Counted from the stretch's first letter, positions 20,306-30,328 are shown. The stretch: 64,000 bases of DNA from Candidatus Aenigmatarchaeota archaeon (GCA_046539305.1 JBKHHE010000002.1:35928-99927), one strand, 5' to 3'. The notes: generated by a model not told the origin, from the letters alone. Numbers and translations: made by a program.

Positions 20306-20764
20306 ATGATGGATCTTTCAACTCAAAAAGAGATGGCAGCCGACGTCCTGAGTTGCGGAAAGAACAAAGTCTGGATAAACCCGGAAAGACAGGATGACGT
20401 AGCCGACGCGATAACAAAGGCAGACGTAAGGAGACTTATACAGAAGGGAGCGATAAAAAAGAAGTCAACGGACGGACAGTCACGAGGAAGGGTAAGAAAC
20501 AAAAAAATACAGGAGGAGAAAGGGAGAAGAAGCGGGCACGGGTCCAAAAAAGGAAATAATCAAACTGAGAAGAAGAAATGGATGTCCAAAGTGAGGGCCC
20601 AGAGAAAGCTGCTCAAGGAACTGCGGGACAAAGGTGATATAGATAGCTCCACTTACAGGGACCTTTATCAAAAGTCCAAGGGTGGAAGGTTTAATTCAAA
20701 AAAGCACCTCATGGAATATATGAAAAAGGGAGGCCTGATTGAAAAAGGTGATGAAATTGAGTAA
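20306..20764 (+). CDS. rpl19e: 50S ribosomal protein eL19
   Basis: AADVLSCGKNKVWINP, GHGSKKG. Confidence 0.95.
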   Translation: MMDLSTQKEMAADVLSCGKNKVWINPERQDDVADAITKADVRRLIQKGAIKKKSTDGQSRGRVRNKKIQEEKGRRSGHGSKKGNNQTEKKKWMSKVRAQRKLLKELRDKGDIDSSTYRDLYQKSKGGRFNSKKHLMEYMKKGGLIEKGDEIE

Positions 20765-21326
20765 GGGAACAGGAAAGAAGAGAAGAAGGGAGAAAAAAAC
20801 TGACTACCGCCAGAGACTGAAGCTTCTGAAAAGCGAGGTGCCCAGGCTTGTAGTGAGGAAGAGCCTCAACAATACTATAGTCCAGCTGGTAAAATGGAAT
20901 GAAGACGGTGATAAGGTAATAGCCCAGGCGGAGGCACAGGAGCTGCCTAACTTGGGGTGGAAGGGCCACACGGGCAATATACCCGCTGCATACCTTGCCG
21001 GGCATCTTCTCGGCGAAAGGGCCGAAGAGAAAGGTGTAAAGGAATGTGTGCTGGACTTGGGCCTCCAGGAAAGCACGCAAGGTAACAGGATATATGCCGC
21101 CGCAAAAGGTGCCAGGGATGCGAATCTTGTGGTTCCGGTGGGTGAAGAGATGCTACCCCCGGAAAGCAGGGTAAGGGGGAAACACATAGAGGAATACGCA
21201 TCGGGGATGTCTTCCGATGAAAAAAAGGAACATTTTTCAAGTCTGATGGAAAGGGGTCTAGACCCGGAAAATCTTTCCGATAACTTTCAAGGAGTAAAGA
21301 AGAAAATAGAAAAGGAAGGTGAATGA
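20757..21326 (+). CDS. rpl18: 50S ribosomal protein uL18
   Basis: RRREKKTDY, RLVVRKS, AAYLAG; ATG 20751 is an alternative start. Confidence 0.95.
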   Translation: MSKGTGKKRRREKKTDYRQRLKLLKSEVPRLVVRKSLNNTIVQLVKWNEDGDKVIAQAEAQELPNLGWKGHTGNIPAAYLAGHLLGERAEEKGVKECVLDLGLQESTQGNRIYAAAKGARDANLVVPVGEEMLPPESRVRGKHIEEYASGMSSDEKKEHFSSLMERGLDPENLSDNFQGVKKKIEKEGE

Positions 21327-21327
21327 A

Positions 21328-22035
21328 ATGGCCGAAGAACAGACGAAGGATTGGACACCACATACCGAACTGGGAAAGGAAGTGGTTGACGGTAAGATAA
21401 CGTCAGTAGAGGAGATCTTCGAGCAGGGAAAGAAAATAATGGAACCCGAAATAGTAGATCTCCTCGTTCCCAACCTGGACCATGAGCTGATCCTCATAGG
21501 AGGTTCTCCTGGGAAAGGAGGTGGAATGAGAAGGACGCCGGCGAAGAGAACCGCGAAAATGCACAAAAGCGGGCGGAAATACAAGATGACAGCCTTTGCC
21601 GTCGTAGGCAACAGTAACGGATATGTAGGAGTTGGTGAAGGGCAGGCCACCGGATCTGGCGCTTTCAGAACCGCAATACAGAAGGCAATAAAAAATGCGA
21701 AGCTTAATATCATACCGGTGCGCAGGGGATGTGGTTCGTGGGAGTGCGAGTGCGCCTCCCCCCATTCTCTGCCCACAGAAATAGAGGGCAGCGAGGGTAG
21801 TATTAGGGTAGTTCTAAAACCGGCCCCAAGAGGTGTGGGCCTGGTGGTATCTGATGAAGTCAAGAAATTTATGAAGCTGGCCGGTGTCGAAGACTGCTGG
21901 ATAAAGACATTCGGCGAGACGAGAACAAGAACAAATCTGATAAAGGCCGTTTACAACGCATTCAACAACCTCAACCACCTCAGGATGGAAGAAGATTTCA
22001 AAGAAAAAACAGGAACGGTAATGGGTGAGATCTGA
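21328..22035 (+). CDS. rps5: 30S ribosomal protein uS5
   Basis: VVGNSNGYVGVG, RGCGSWEC, PAPRGVGL. Confidence 0.96.
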   Translation: MAEEQTKDWTPHTELGKEVVDGKITSVEEIFEQGKKIMEPEIVDLLVPNLDHELILIGGSPGKGGGMRRTPAKRTAKMHKSGRKYKMTAFAVVGNSNGYVGVGEGQATGSGAFRTAIQKAIKNAKLNIIPVRRGCGSWECECASPHSLPTEIEGSEGSIRVVLKPAPRGVGLVVSDEVKKFMKLAGVEDCWIKTFGETRTRTNLIKAVYNAFNNLNHLRMEEDFKEKTGTVMGEI

Positions 22036-22436
22036 TGTATGCTGTAGTTCGTCTACGCGGAAAGGTTGGGGTCCGAGATGAGTTTGAGGACACCCTGAGA
22101 ATGCTCAATCTGAAAGACAAGTTCGCCTGTACTTTCCTTCCCGAGACAAAGGACTATGAAGGGATGCTGAAAAAGGTCAAAAACTTCGTGACTTGGGGAG
22201 AGGTTGACAAAGAGACTGCAGAAGAAATTATAAACAAGAAAGGTGACATGGAAAACGCGGAGGAAGTAATAGAAATTCTGGAAAAGGATAGGAACTTGTC
22301 GGAAATGGAGAGAAGAAGTTTTCCACTCTCTCCGCCTTCGGGTGGATTTAAAAAACCAACAAACAAGCTTCACCCCAATGGAGAAGCCGGATACAGAGGC
22401 GAAGAAATAATCCCGCTTCTCAAAAACATGGTGTGA
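22035..22436 (+). CDS. rpl30: 50S ribosomal protein uL30
   Basis: AVVRLRG, VTWGE, LSPPSGGF. Confidence 0.94.
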   Translation: MYAVVRLRGKVGVRDEFEDTLRMLNLKDKFACTFLPETKDYEGMLKKVKNFVTWGEVDKETAEEIINKKGDMENAEEVIEILEKDRNLSEMERRSFPLSPPSGGFKKPTNKLHPNGEAGYRGEEIIPLLKNMV

Positions 22437-22439
22437 AAA

Positions 22440-22856
22440 ATGACTGATAAGAAAAAATACAGAGGTTCCGGCACCCATGGTGGTGGATCCAAGAAAAAGA
22501 GGCGGGGAGCGGGCTCCCATGGCGGTAGAGGAAGGGATGGTGAGAAGCACAGGAAGTTCAAATACATAAAGGAGGGCGACGAAGAAAGGGGCTTCAAGAG
22601 ACCCGAGAACGTAATTGACAAGAAGAGAACCATAAACCTGTCCAAGCTGGACATGAGGGTGGAAGAGCTTCTCGAAAAAGATGTGGCAGAAGAAACCGAT
22701 GATGGTATTGAAATAGATATCTCCGAAATTGGATACGACAAGCTTCTGGGCTCCGGTAAAGTTACGAGGAAACTCAATGTAAAGGCCAAGGAATTCTCCG
22801 AAAAGGCAAAACAAAAACTAGAGGAAGCAGGGGGAAGCGCAATTGAACTACCGTGA
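22440..22856 (+). CDS. rpl15: 50S ribosomal protein uL15
   Basis: RGAGSHGGRG, KLLGSG, KLEEAGG. Confidence 0.95.
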   Translation: MTDKKKYRGSGTHGGGSKKKRRGAGSHGGRGRDGEKHRKFKYIKEGDEERGFKRPENVIDKKRTINLSKLDMRVEELLEKDVAEETDDGIEIDISEIGYDKLLGSGKVTRKLNVKAKEFSEKAKQKLEEAGGSAIELP

Positions 22857-24216
22857 CCTACTTGGAATCGCCCCGGGAATTGAAGGTCCCAAGAAAAGGC
22901 TCAACTTCAACGACAAGCTCAAGTGGACAGGAATAATAGTCATTATATACTTCGTAATGGGCCAGATCACGGTATGGGGTGTCTCGTCAGCCGGCATGGA
23001 AAGGTTCGAATTCCTTCAAACTGTAGTCGCCTCCGACTTCGGTTCTCTTATCACTCTTGGTATTGTTCCTATAGTCAACGCATCTATCATACTACAGCTT
23101 CTCACGGGAAGTGAAATACTTCAGTGGGATACCAATACTCCGGAGGGCAAAAAGCTGTTCATGGGAACACAGAAGCTTCTGGCTATAGTTTTCTGCGTGG
23201 TCCAGGCCATAGCCTTCGTATCCTTCGGTGCAGTCCCTGCACAGCAGGGAATGACAGCAGTGGTAATAACCCAGATAGCCGCGGGTGGGATACTAATCGT
23301 CCTGATGGACGAAGTTATATCCAAATGGGGCTTCGGCTCCGGTGTTTCACTTTTCATAGCCTCAGGTGTATCCATGCAAATAATTGTAGGGCTTTTCAAT
23401 CCGATAGAAAAGGCAGGAAAGATTCCTGCGCTTATAGATGCACTGCTACTTGGAAGCCTGCCCGAAGCCGGAGGTGCACTGATACCTATAATCTTTACAG
23501 TGCTCGTGTTCTTACTTGTCATCTACCTCAACTCGATGAAGGTGGAAATACCACTAGCCTTCGGCCAGGTCAAGGGCTTCGGTCAGAGGTATCCGCTCAA
23601 CTTCCTGTACACGAGCGTTATCCCGATAATCTTCACCCACGCACTCCTCGCGAATCTAAATATAATGGGTCAGATGCTTGCGGACAAGGGGACGCCGCTA
23701 TTGGGCACCTTCGGTGAGGGAGGAATCCCAGAGTCGGGGCTTTTATACTGGATATATAGCCCACAGGCCGCTGCACCCAGAGACGGTCTCCTCACTGAGA
23801 TGGTAGTTTCAAGGATAACAGAGGCATCACTACCTGAAATAACGATCGCATGGTTCCCATATGCAGCTACAGTGTGCGCTCTCACGATAATCTTCTCTGT
23901 GTTCTGGTCCAAAACCTCCGGACAGGATGCGGGCACAGTGGCGGAGCGAATACATGATATGGGCATGTCCGTCCCAGGCTACAGGCGCGACAAGAGGATA
24001 ATCAAGAGGATACTGGACCGTTACATACCTTACCTCGCAGTTCTATCTGGATTTTTCATAGGCCTGTTGTCCGTTCTGGCGGACTTCGTGGGAGCCGTTG
24101 GTGGGGGTATAGGTATCCTCCTGGCCACGATGATAATATACAGGCTATACGAGGAGCTTGCGCAGCAGCACATGGAGGATATGCATCCTGCACTGCGCCA
24201 GTTCATGGGCAAATAG
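22843..24216 (+). CDS. secY: Preprotein translocase SecY
   Basis: About 10 TM helices, WGFGSGVSLFI, YTSVIP, PGYRRD. Confidence 0.96.
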   Translation: MNYRDLLGIAPGIEGPKKRLNFNDKLKWTGIIVIIYFVMGQITVWGVSSAGMERFEFLQTVVASDFGSLITLGIVPIVNASIILQLLTGSEILQWDTNTPEGKKLFMGTQKLLAIVFCVVQAIAFVSFGAVPAQQGMTAVVITQIAAGGILIVLMDEVISKWGFGSGVSLFIASGVSMQIIVGLFNPIEKAGKIPALIDALLLGSLPEAGGALIPIIFTVLVFLLVIYLNSMKVEIPLAFGQVKGFGQRYPLNFLYTSVIPIIFTHALLANLNIMGQMLADKGTPLLGTFGEGGIPESGLLYWIYSPQAAAPRDGLLTEMVVSRITEASLPEITIAWFPYAATVCALTIIFSVFWSKTSGQDAGTVAERIHDMGMSVPGYRRDKRIIKRILDRYIPYLAVLSGFFIGLLSVLADFVGAVGGGIGILLATMIIYRLYEELAQQHMEDMHPALRQFMGK

Positions 24217-24258
24217 ATTTTTAACGGTCGAGAACAATTTTGTAGAAAGGTGAAACAA

Positions 24259-24885
24259 ATGGTGCTGGAAAACGCTCTGTACGGTGTATTCATCATAGCT
24301 GTAGGTGTGAGTTTTCTGACCTCACTGTTTTACAAAATTCTAATGGATCAGAAAGATGTAAAGAAGATAAAGGAGAAGATGAGCGAGCTTCAAGAGAAGT
24401 CGAAGGAAGCAAGGGAGGAAGGTAATGAGGAGAAGGCTATGGAATACCAGCAGGAGGTCATGAGTCACACCACGGAGCAAATGAAGATGCAGTTCAAGCC
24501 CATGATCGCCACCTTTATAGTAATAATACCTATATTTACCTTCCTGTTTCCTAGCCTTTACCCTGCGGCGACGGTCAACCTGGATGAAACGGACACACTA
24601 ACCTATGAGGGAACCAACTGGACCGTATCCTTGAACTCCGAGGATCCCCTGGAAATAAATATTGACGGAGAGACCTACTCTGAGGATGAAATAATTCAAA
24701 TTGATGGGCACGAGTTTAAAGTTGACAGCTACGAGGAAGGAAAGCTCAAAATGTCTAGGGTGGCTGCAAAACTTCCTCTTTCCCTGCCCTACGTAGGCAG
24801 CACGCTGGGATGGCTTGGGTGGTACATACTCGTGACCCTAGGATTTTCTCAGATCCTTAGAAAGTTGATGGGAGCAAGACCATGA
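24259..24885 (+). CDS. DUF106 (EMC3/TMCO1-family) membrane protein
   Basis: TM, coiled coil, FKPM, GWLGWYI; usual position after secY. Confidence 0.85.
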   Translation: MVLENALYGVFIIAVGVSFLTSLFYKILMDQKDVKKIKEKMSELQEKSKEAREEGNEEKAMEYQQEVMSHTTEQMKMQFKPMIATFIVIIPIFTFLFPSLYPAATVNLDETDTLTYEGTNWTVSLNSEDPLEINIDGETYSEDEIIQIDGHEFKVDSYEEGKLKMSRVAAKLPLSLPYVGSTLGWLGWYILVTLGFSQILRKLMGARP

Positions 24886-25841
24886 AGCGTGAGTTTCAGT
24901 TCAAGGAGGCAGTTCTTTCTGACCCGAGCTACGGGAAATACCCCGGAGCACATACCATGGAAGAGGTTACGGAAAGGGGCATCGTGGTTCTCGACAAACC
25001 TGAGGGTCCAACCTCCCATCAAGCCACGGGCTGGGTGAAAGACATACTTGGCCTGAGCAAGGCCGGTCATTCAGGAACTCTGGATCCCAGGGCCACGGGC
25101 GTCCTTCTCATCGCGCTCGGAAAGGCCACGAAGACTATGCCTGTACTGAGTAACCTGGACAAGGAGTACGTTTCCCTGGTGATGCTGCACGGAGAGGTGA
25201 GCGACGGCGAGTTGGAGACGGCTCTTGAACAGTTCAGAGGCAAGATAAAGCAAACTCCTCCGAAGAAGTCAGCCGTGAAGAGGGAAGAGAGGGTCAGGGA
25301 AGTGAAGGAGCTGGAACTTCTGGAGAGAGGGGAGAATAAAATTTTGCTTAGGGTAAAATGTGAGGCAGGGACCTACATAAGGAAGCTCGCGCACGACCTC
25401 GGCGAGGAGCTTGGATGTGGCGCGCATATGAAAGAGCTCAGGAGGACGGCCGTGGGCCCCTTTGACGAGGAGGAAGCGGTGAAACTCCAAACACTGAAGG
25501 ACGACCGTGTTTTCTACGAGGAGGGGGAAAACGAAAATATAAGGGGTGATATTCTACCCCTGGAGATGGTCGCCGACGTTTCAAGCTGTATCGTGGTAAA
25601 GGACACGGCCGTGGAAGCACTCTGCAACGGAGCGGACCTGGGCGTGGGGGGTATCTCGGCTGTGGAGAGGAGCCTGAATAAGGGGGATAAGGTTTCGTTG
25701 CTCACAGGCAAGGGCGAGCTAGTCGCGATAGGCAAGGCAGAGATGGGCCCGAAGGATATCTACGAAAGCAACAGGGGAAAGGCGGTCTCGTTGATAAATG
25801 TGCTAATGGAGAGAGGGACCTATCCGAAGGCGTGGAAATAG
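24882..25841 (+). CDS. cbf5: H/ACA pseudouridine synthase Cbf5
   Basis: DKPEGPTSH, GHSGTLDP, GTYIRKL, PUA domain. Confidence 0.94.
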   Translation: MKREFQFKEAVLSDPSYGKYPGAHTMEEVTERGIVVLDKPEGPTSHQATGWVKDILGLSKAGHSGTLDPRATGVLLIALGKATKTMPVLSNLDKEYVSLVMLHGEVSDGELETALEQFRGKIKQTPPKKSAVKREERVREVKELELLERGENKILLRVKCEAGTYIRKLAHDLGEELGCGAHMKELRRTAVGPFDEEEAVKLQTLKDDRVFYEEGENENIRGDILPLEMVADVSSCIVVKDTAVEALCNGADLGVGGISAVERSLNKGDKVSLLTGKGELVAIGKAEMGPKDIYESNRGKAVSLINVLMERGTYPKAWK

Positions 25842-25878
25842 TCGAGATATTTAAATCTTAATCAAAATTTCTAAAATA

Positions 25879-26481
25879 ATGAGTTATGCAACAGTCCTGG
25901 AAAGTTACAGGAACCAAGGGTTAGAAGAAGCTGTAGAAAACCTTGACGAACTGCCGGAAACCGAGAAGAAAGCGGCTGCAAATCAACTCTTTGGAGAACT
26001 TGAGGACTACAAAGAAGGTAGAAAACTTCTCGAGAAAGTCAAAGAGGAGGTCGAATACAACCCTTTCACGGAGATCGAAAGGCTTGTTAGAGAAGTGTAC
26101 AGTGAAGTAGCAAAAGGAAAGAACCCGGAGAGGAAAAAGGGTGAAATTGTTGCCCTTGCACAGGGTGCAAAGAAGAAACTAGGAGATGATTTCAAGAGAA
26201 CTGTCGAACATGAGAATCCAGAACCGCTGAAACTTAAATCTAGCACGAAGGAGTTCGGAAAGCTCATAAAAGAATATTTAGAAAATGCAGAACCTTACGA
26301 GGAAAATAAAAGTTTGGAAGGTTTCTTTAGAGATTCCTACCACAACATGAGAAAAGTATTAACAGAAGTCAAAGAATCGAAGATAGACGCCATCTTTGAC
26401 CTGGACATGAAGGACCAGGCAGAACTTCTCAACGCAAGGGAAAGGACTCCTAAACCATCTCTCCGAAGTTCCCAAGAATAA
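25879..26481 (+). CDS. Hypothetical helical protein
   Basis: 200-aa ORF with TATTTAAAT box about 25 nt upstream. Confidence 0.65.
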   Translation: MSYATVLESYRNQGLEEAVENLDELPETEKKAAANQLFGELEDYKEGRKLLEKVKEEVEYNPFTEIERLVREVYSEVAKGKNPERKKGEIVALAQGAKKKLGDDFKRTVEHENPEPLKLKSSTKEFGKLIKEYLENAEPYEENKSLEGFFRDSYHNMRKVLTEVKESKIDAIFDLDMKDQAELLNARERTPKPSLRSSQE

Positions 26482-26484
26482 TTT

Positions 26485-26757
26485 TCACACTTTCAGTTTC
26501 TTGAGTTTGGGAATTATCTTCCTGTAGGTGAGGAGAAACAAGTAAGCTATAACCGTCGCTGCTACGGCGACTATAAAGTCGACGACTATCTGCATGCTAG
26601 CACCGAAGAGTAATGCGAAAGAGCCCTGAAGTGCTGTCCTCAGAAACTCGGCCCAGAAGACCGCGACCGTGACTATCACAGCGAACTTGAGGTTCTTGGG
26701 CACGGTCCGGCCCACATCGACTATAGGTTTTTCTTTTCTTTGGCCATAGGTTAACAT
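26485..26757 (-). CDS. Small two-TM membrane protein
   Basis: Two hydrophobic helices and a basic C-terminus; start uncertain. Confidence 0.6.
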   Translation of the reverse strand: MLTYGQRKEKPIVDVGRTVPKNLKFAVIVTVAVFWAEFLRTALQGSFALLFGASMQIVVDFIVAVAATVIAYLFLLTYRKIIPKLKKLKV

Positions 26758-26835
26758 TGGGATTTGGGATTAAAAACTGTAAGGCGGCAAAAAATGCCGC
26801 AAAGTTTAAAAAGGTTAGGAGGCATAAGAGTTGTG

Positions 26836-27012
26836 ATGTCTTCCGCGGGAACGGTGCAGGAACTTATGGATGTGCTCGCCTGCCCCAAGTGCAAGGGCGA
26901 GGTTAAACTTAATAAGGACGAAAATAAGATAGTTTGTCACGACTGCCGGCTCAAGTTTTCGGTGGAAGAGGGCATTCCAAACATGCTCCTGGAGGAAGCG
27001 GAGAGGTTTTAA
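26836..27012 (+). CDS. Trm112-family methyltransferase activator
   Basis: LMDVLACPKCK...CHDC...GIPNML. Confidence 0.85.
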   Translation: MSSAGTVQELMDVLACPKCKGEVKLNKDENKIVCHDCRLKFSVEEGIPNMLLEEAERF

Positions 27013-27035
27013 ATATAGGCGTGGTCTATACCACG

Positions 27036-27241
27036 GCCGGGGTAGCGAAGCCAGGTTCAACGCGCCGGATTTGAGACCGGATTTGTTGACGTGAGGATGA
27101 CAAAAGGTTTGCAAGAAATCCGGTGGGCCGTGTAGGACCTGCAGCCGCGGAAGCCCGCGTGGGTTCAAAAGAAAACCCTTTCAAAAAGTGTTTTCATTCC
27201 CAAAGGAGAAGGGGTTTCGGGAAGTCCCACCCCCGGCGCCA
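27036..27241 (+). tRNA. tRNA-Ser(TGA) with three introns (27076-27117 at 37/38; 27135-27151 variable arm; 27170-27224 at 59/60)
   Basis: Cloverleaf restored after removing three BHB-bounded inserts; G73-CCA. Confidence 0.9.
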
Positions 27242-27267
27242 AAACCCGTTGGGAGGCAAGGTTGGAT

Positions 27268-27729
27268 ATGACAGAAAGGAAGAACATACTGAGGTTGTTC
27301 GAAACGGACATTCCCGGAGAGCTGGAGATAATCAACGGTCTCAGACGGATAAAGGGTATAGGTTTTACCGCTAGCAAGGCGGTGCTGGAAGAGACAGAAA
27401 TAGATCCCCACAAACCCGCAGGAGAAATAAGCGACGAAGAAGTCAATTCACTGAAAGATATCATAAAAAATGGCGGTATTCCGGACTATCTTTTGAATAG
27501 AAAAAAAGATCCTGAAACCGGCAAGGACAGTATGCTCGTAGCCAGTAAACTGGAGATAGAGAAGAGACAAGACATAGACAGGATGAAGAAGCTTGGAAGC
27601 TACAGAGGTATAAGACACAGGCACGGTTTGCCTGTCAGAGGACAGAAAACACAGTCCAGCTTTAGAGGCGAATCATCTGTCGGCGTAGCGACGGAAGAAA
27701 TAAAGGAAGAAAGGAGTGAAGGTGAATAA
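27268..27729 (+). CDS. rps13: 30S ribosomal protein uS13
   Basis: IKGIG, YRGIRH, LPVRGQKT. Confidence 0.96.
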   Translation: MTERKNILRLFETDIPGELEIINGLRRIKGIGFTASKAVLEETEIDPHKPAGEISDEEVNSLKDIIKNGGIPDYLLNRKKDPETGKDSMLVASKLEIEKRQDIDRMKKLGSYRGIRHRHGLPVRGQKTQSSFRGESSVGVATEEIKEERSEGE

Positions 27730-27730
27730 A

Positions 27731-28210
27731 ATGGGCGATCCGAGAAAACAGAAAAAACAATACGAGAGGCCTCTAATTCCATGGGACGAGAGAAGAATAG
27801 AAAAAGAAAAGGAACTGATGGAGGGGTATGGACTCAAGAGAAAGGAAGAAATACTCAAAGCGGAAAGTTTTCTAAGAAAGCTGAGGAGGAGGGCAAGAAA
27901 TATATCTGCAAGAGGTTCAGAGGAGGAAAGGAAAGACCTCCTGGAAAAATGCAGAAAGATAGGGCTTATAGGTGAAGAGGACGAGGTTGGGCAGATACTT
28001 AGAATAGAGTTGAGGGACGTCTTGGACAGAAGGTTCCAGACCTTGGTAACAAGGATAGATGGCGTGGAGGGACCACAGCACGCCAGACAACTCGTGACCC
28101 ATGGACATGTAAAGGTAGGAGATAAAGAAATGAACTCGCCGTCTTTTTTGGTTCCAAAAAAACTGGAAGACAAGTTAAGCGTCGATAAAAAGGCCCTTGC
28201 AAGTGATTGA
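27731..28210 (+). CDS. rps4: 30S ribosomal protein uS4
   Basis: [20 protein letters not shown]. Confidence 0.95.
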   Translation: MGDPRKQKKQYERPLIPWDERRIEKEKELMEGYGLKRKEEILKAESFLRKLRRRARNISARGSEEERKDLLEKCRKIGLIGEEDEVGQILRIELRDVLDRRFQTLVTRIDGVEGPQHARQLVTHGHVKVGDKEMNSPSFLVPKKLEDKLSVDKKALASD

Positions 28211-28212
28211 CC

Positions 28213-28596
28213 ATGCAAAAAAAAGGTATCGTGCACATCCATTCATCGCAGAACAACACAATAGTACACATCACCGACGTTACCGGAGCGGAGACCATGA
28301 GCAGATACACGGGTGGTATGGTGGTAGATCAGGACAGGGACAAGGGCACACCTTTTGCTGCAATGCAGGCGGCGAGAAAAGCGGCCGAAGAGTCCAAGGA
28401 CAAAGGAATTGAAAAGGTTGATATCAAGGTGAGAGCTCCGGGTGGACACAAATCCAAGAGCCCGGGATCTGGCGCACAGCCCGCAATCCGGGCCATAGCC
28501 AGAACGGGTATGCAAATAGGTAAGATAGAAGATATAACTCCCGTACCGCATGACTCGACCAGGAGACCGGGAGGAAAGAGAGGGAAGAGGGTCTGA
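28213..28596 (+). CDS. rps11: 30S ribosomal protein uS11
   Basis: [19 protein letters not shown]. Confidence 0.96.
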   Translation: MQKKGIVHIHSSQNNTIVHITDVTGAETMSRYTGGMVVDQDRDKGTPFAAMQAARKAAEESKDKGIEKVDIKVRAPGGHKSKSPGSGAQPAIRAIARTGMQIGKIEDITPVPHDSTRRPGGKRGKRV

Positions 28597-28597
28597 T

Positions 28598-29383
28598 ATG
28601 GAGATAAAGAAGATGGAAGAGAAGAATGAAACCCTGAAGGTGCTGGTCAAAGACACGAATCCGGCTATGATGAACGCCCTTAGAAGGATCTCAATGAAAG
28701 GAATCCCTGTGCTCGCAATAGAAGACGTGGCTATTGTGAAGAACAACTCCCTCCTCTTCGACGAGGTAATAGCCCAGCGTCTGGGTCAAGTTCCCCTCGA
28801 TTTTGATCCGGACAAGTTCGAAATGCATGGGGAATGTGACTGTGAAGAAGGCTGCCCGAACTGCGAGGCAGTGTTCTCGTTAAAGGTGGAGGGACCAGGA
28901 AAGGTTTACTCTGGGGATCTTGTCTGTGAGTCAGGCGAAATCGAGCCGTTTTACGATGAAATACCTCTAACGGAGCTGGACGAAAACCAAGAGATTGAGA
29001 TGGAGGCCACGGCTATCCTGTCCACTGGAGAAGATCACTCCAAGCACCAGGCGGCTATCTCCTCATATCAGTATTATCCTATAATAAACGTGGATCAGGA
29101 TGAACTCACCAAAAAGGAGAAAAAGGAAGTAGCCGAGCTTTGTCCCCGTGGTGTGTTCGAAGTAAAGGATGGGAAGCTTGAGGTTACAGAGGAAGCAAGG
29201 TGTACGCTCTGCAGGGAGTGTGTGGAGGCAGTAGGCCCAGAAGGTATCACAGTCGCAGGAGACGATGAGAAGTTCATATTCAAGGTCGAGTCTATATCAG
29301 CGCTTGAACCTGACTGGATTATAAAAAAGACCGCTGAGATACTGGAGGAGAAGGCCGACAAGGTAATAGACAAGCTGGATTAG
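28598..29383 (+). CDS. rpoD: RNA polymerase subunit D (Rpo3)
   Basis: NALRR, FDEVIAQRLG, Fe-S cysteines CPRGV...CTLCRECV. Confidence 0.95.
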   Translation: MEIKKMEEKNETLKVLVKDTNPAMMNALRRISMKGIPVLAIEDVAIVKNNSLLFDEVIAQRLGQVPLDFDPDKFEMHGECDCEEGCPNCEAVFSLKVEGPGKVYSGDLVCESGEIEPFYDEIPLTELDENQEIEMEATAILSTGEDHSKHQAAISSYQYYPIINVDQDELTKKEKKEVAELCPRGVFEVKDGKLEVTEEARCTLCRECVEAVGPEGITVAGDDEKFIFKVESISALEPDWIIKKTAEILEEKADKVIDKLD

Positions 29384-29559
29384 CGGGGGTAACCAAGTGG
29401 TCAAAATTGAAATTTTGACTTTCGCCAGCAAGCTGACGAAATGGTCAAAATATGGCCAAAGGTGCAGGACTTAAGGCAACTTAAGTGTTGAGGTATAAAT
29501 CCGATGATAAGAAATCCTGTGGCTTAGTGCCTTCGTCGGTTCAAATCCGGCCCCCCGCA
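29383..29559 (+). tRNA. tRNA-Leu(TAA) with two introns (29405-29459 D-loop; 29476-29513 at 37/38)
   Basis: GCGGGGG/CCCCCGC stem, CAGGA-CTTAAG-TCCTG arm, long variable arm; BHB helices GGTC/GGCC and CTTA/TAAG. Confidence 0.92.
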
Positions 29560-29574
29560 TCAGTTGGTGGAAAA

Positions 29575-29928
29575 ATGAAGAAGACAAACCCCGTATTGAA
29601 GGAGACTATACAGGAGATCGAAGAGAAAGGCAGAAAGGAAAATGTAGACATATGGAAAGACGTGGCTGAAAGGCTGAAAAAGTCCAGGAGAAAGAAGAAT
29701 TCCGTAAACATATCAAAGATAAACAGGCACGCGGAGGGTGGTGACGTGATCTTAGTTCCGGGAAAGGTGACCGGATACGGAAACCTTGACAAAGAGGTTA
29801 CGGTTGCGGCTCTTTCATTTTCGAACGGAGCAAAGAAGAAGGTGGAGGAAAGAGGCGAAGCTATAAAGATATCTGAACTGATCGAGGAACATCCTGAAGG
29901 TCAGGGAGTAAAAATAATGGAGGGTTAA
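29575..29928 (+). CDS. rpl18e: 50S ribosomal protein eL18
   Basis: KTNP, VNISKI, VPGKVTG. Confidence 0.95.
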   Translation: MKKTNPVLKETIQEIEEKGRKENVDIWKDVAERLKKSRRKKNSVNISKINRHAEGGDVILVPGKVTGYGNLDKEVTVAALSFSNGAKKKVEERGEAIKISELIEEHPEGQGVKIMEG

Positions 29929-29929
29929 G

Positions 29930-30328
29930 ATGATAGTAGATGCAGAAGGACAGGTGATGGGAAGACTTTCGTCGGAGATAGCGCCCAAACTTCTTGACAA
30001 GGAAGAGGTAGAAGTGATCAACTGCGAAAAAGCTATAATCACTGGAGACCCGGAAAAGACCGTGGAAAAATACCTGGAGAAGAAGAGCATAGGCACCCCC
30101 AAGCACGGCCCGCAAACCTCTCTAAAGCCGGAAAAGATACTCAAAGACTCGATAAAGGGCATGCTTCCCATGGACAAGGGCAGAGGAAGGGAAGCGATCA
30201 AAAGGCTGGAGGTTCAGAGAGGTAACCCCGGGGAGAAGGAGGGCAAAAGGGTTTCAAAAAGCGCTTCCGAACTAACGACAAATTATATAACTCTTGAAAA
30301 ACTATCAAGGAAGATAGGTGGAAAATAA
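29930..30328 (+). CDS. rpl13: 50S ribosomal protein uL13
   Basis: DAEGQVMGRL, IKGMLP. Confidence 0.93.
   Translation: MIVDAEGQVMGRLSSEIAPKLLDKEEVEVINCEKAIITGDPEKTVEKYLEKKSIGTPKHGPQTSLKPEKILKDSIKGMLPMDKGRGREAIKRLEVQRGNPGEKEGKRVSKSASELTTNYITLEKLSRKIGGK

Noticed and set aside
29485..29574. N-terminal extension of eL18 in the ORF track
   Set aside because: Runs through tRNA-Leu; the real start is ATG 29575.
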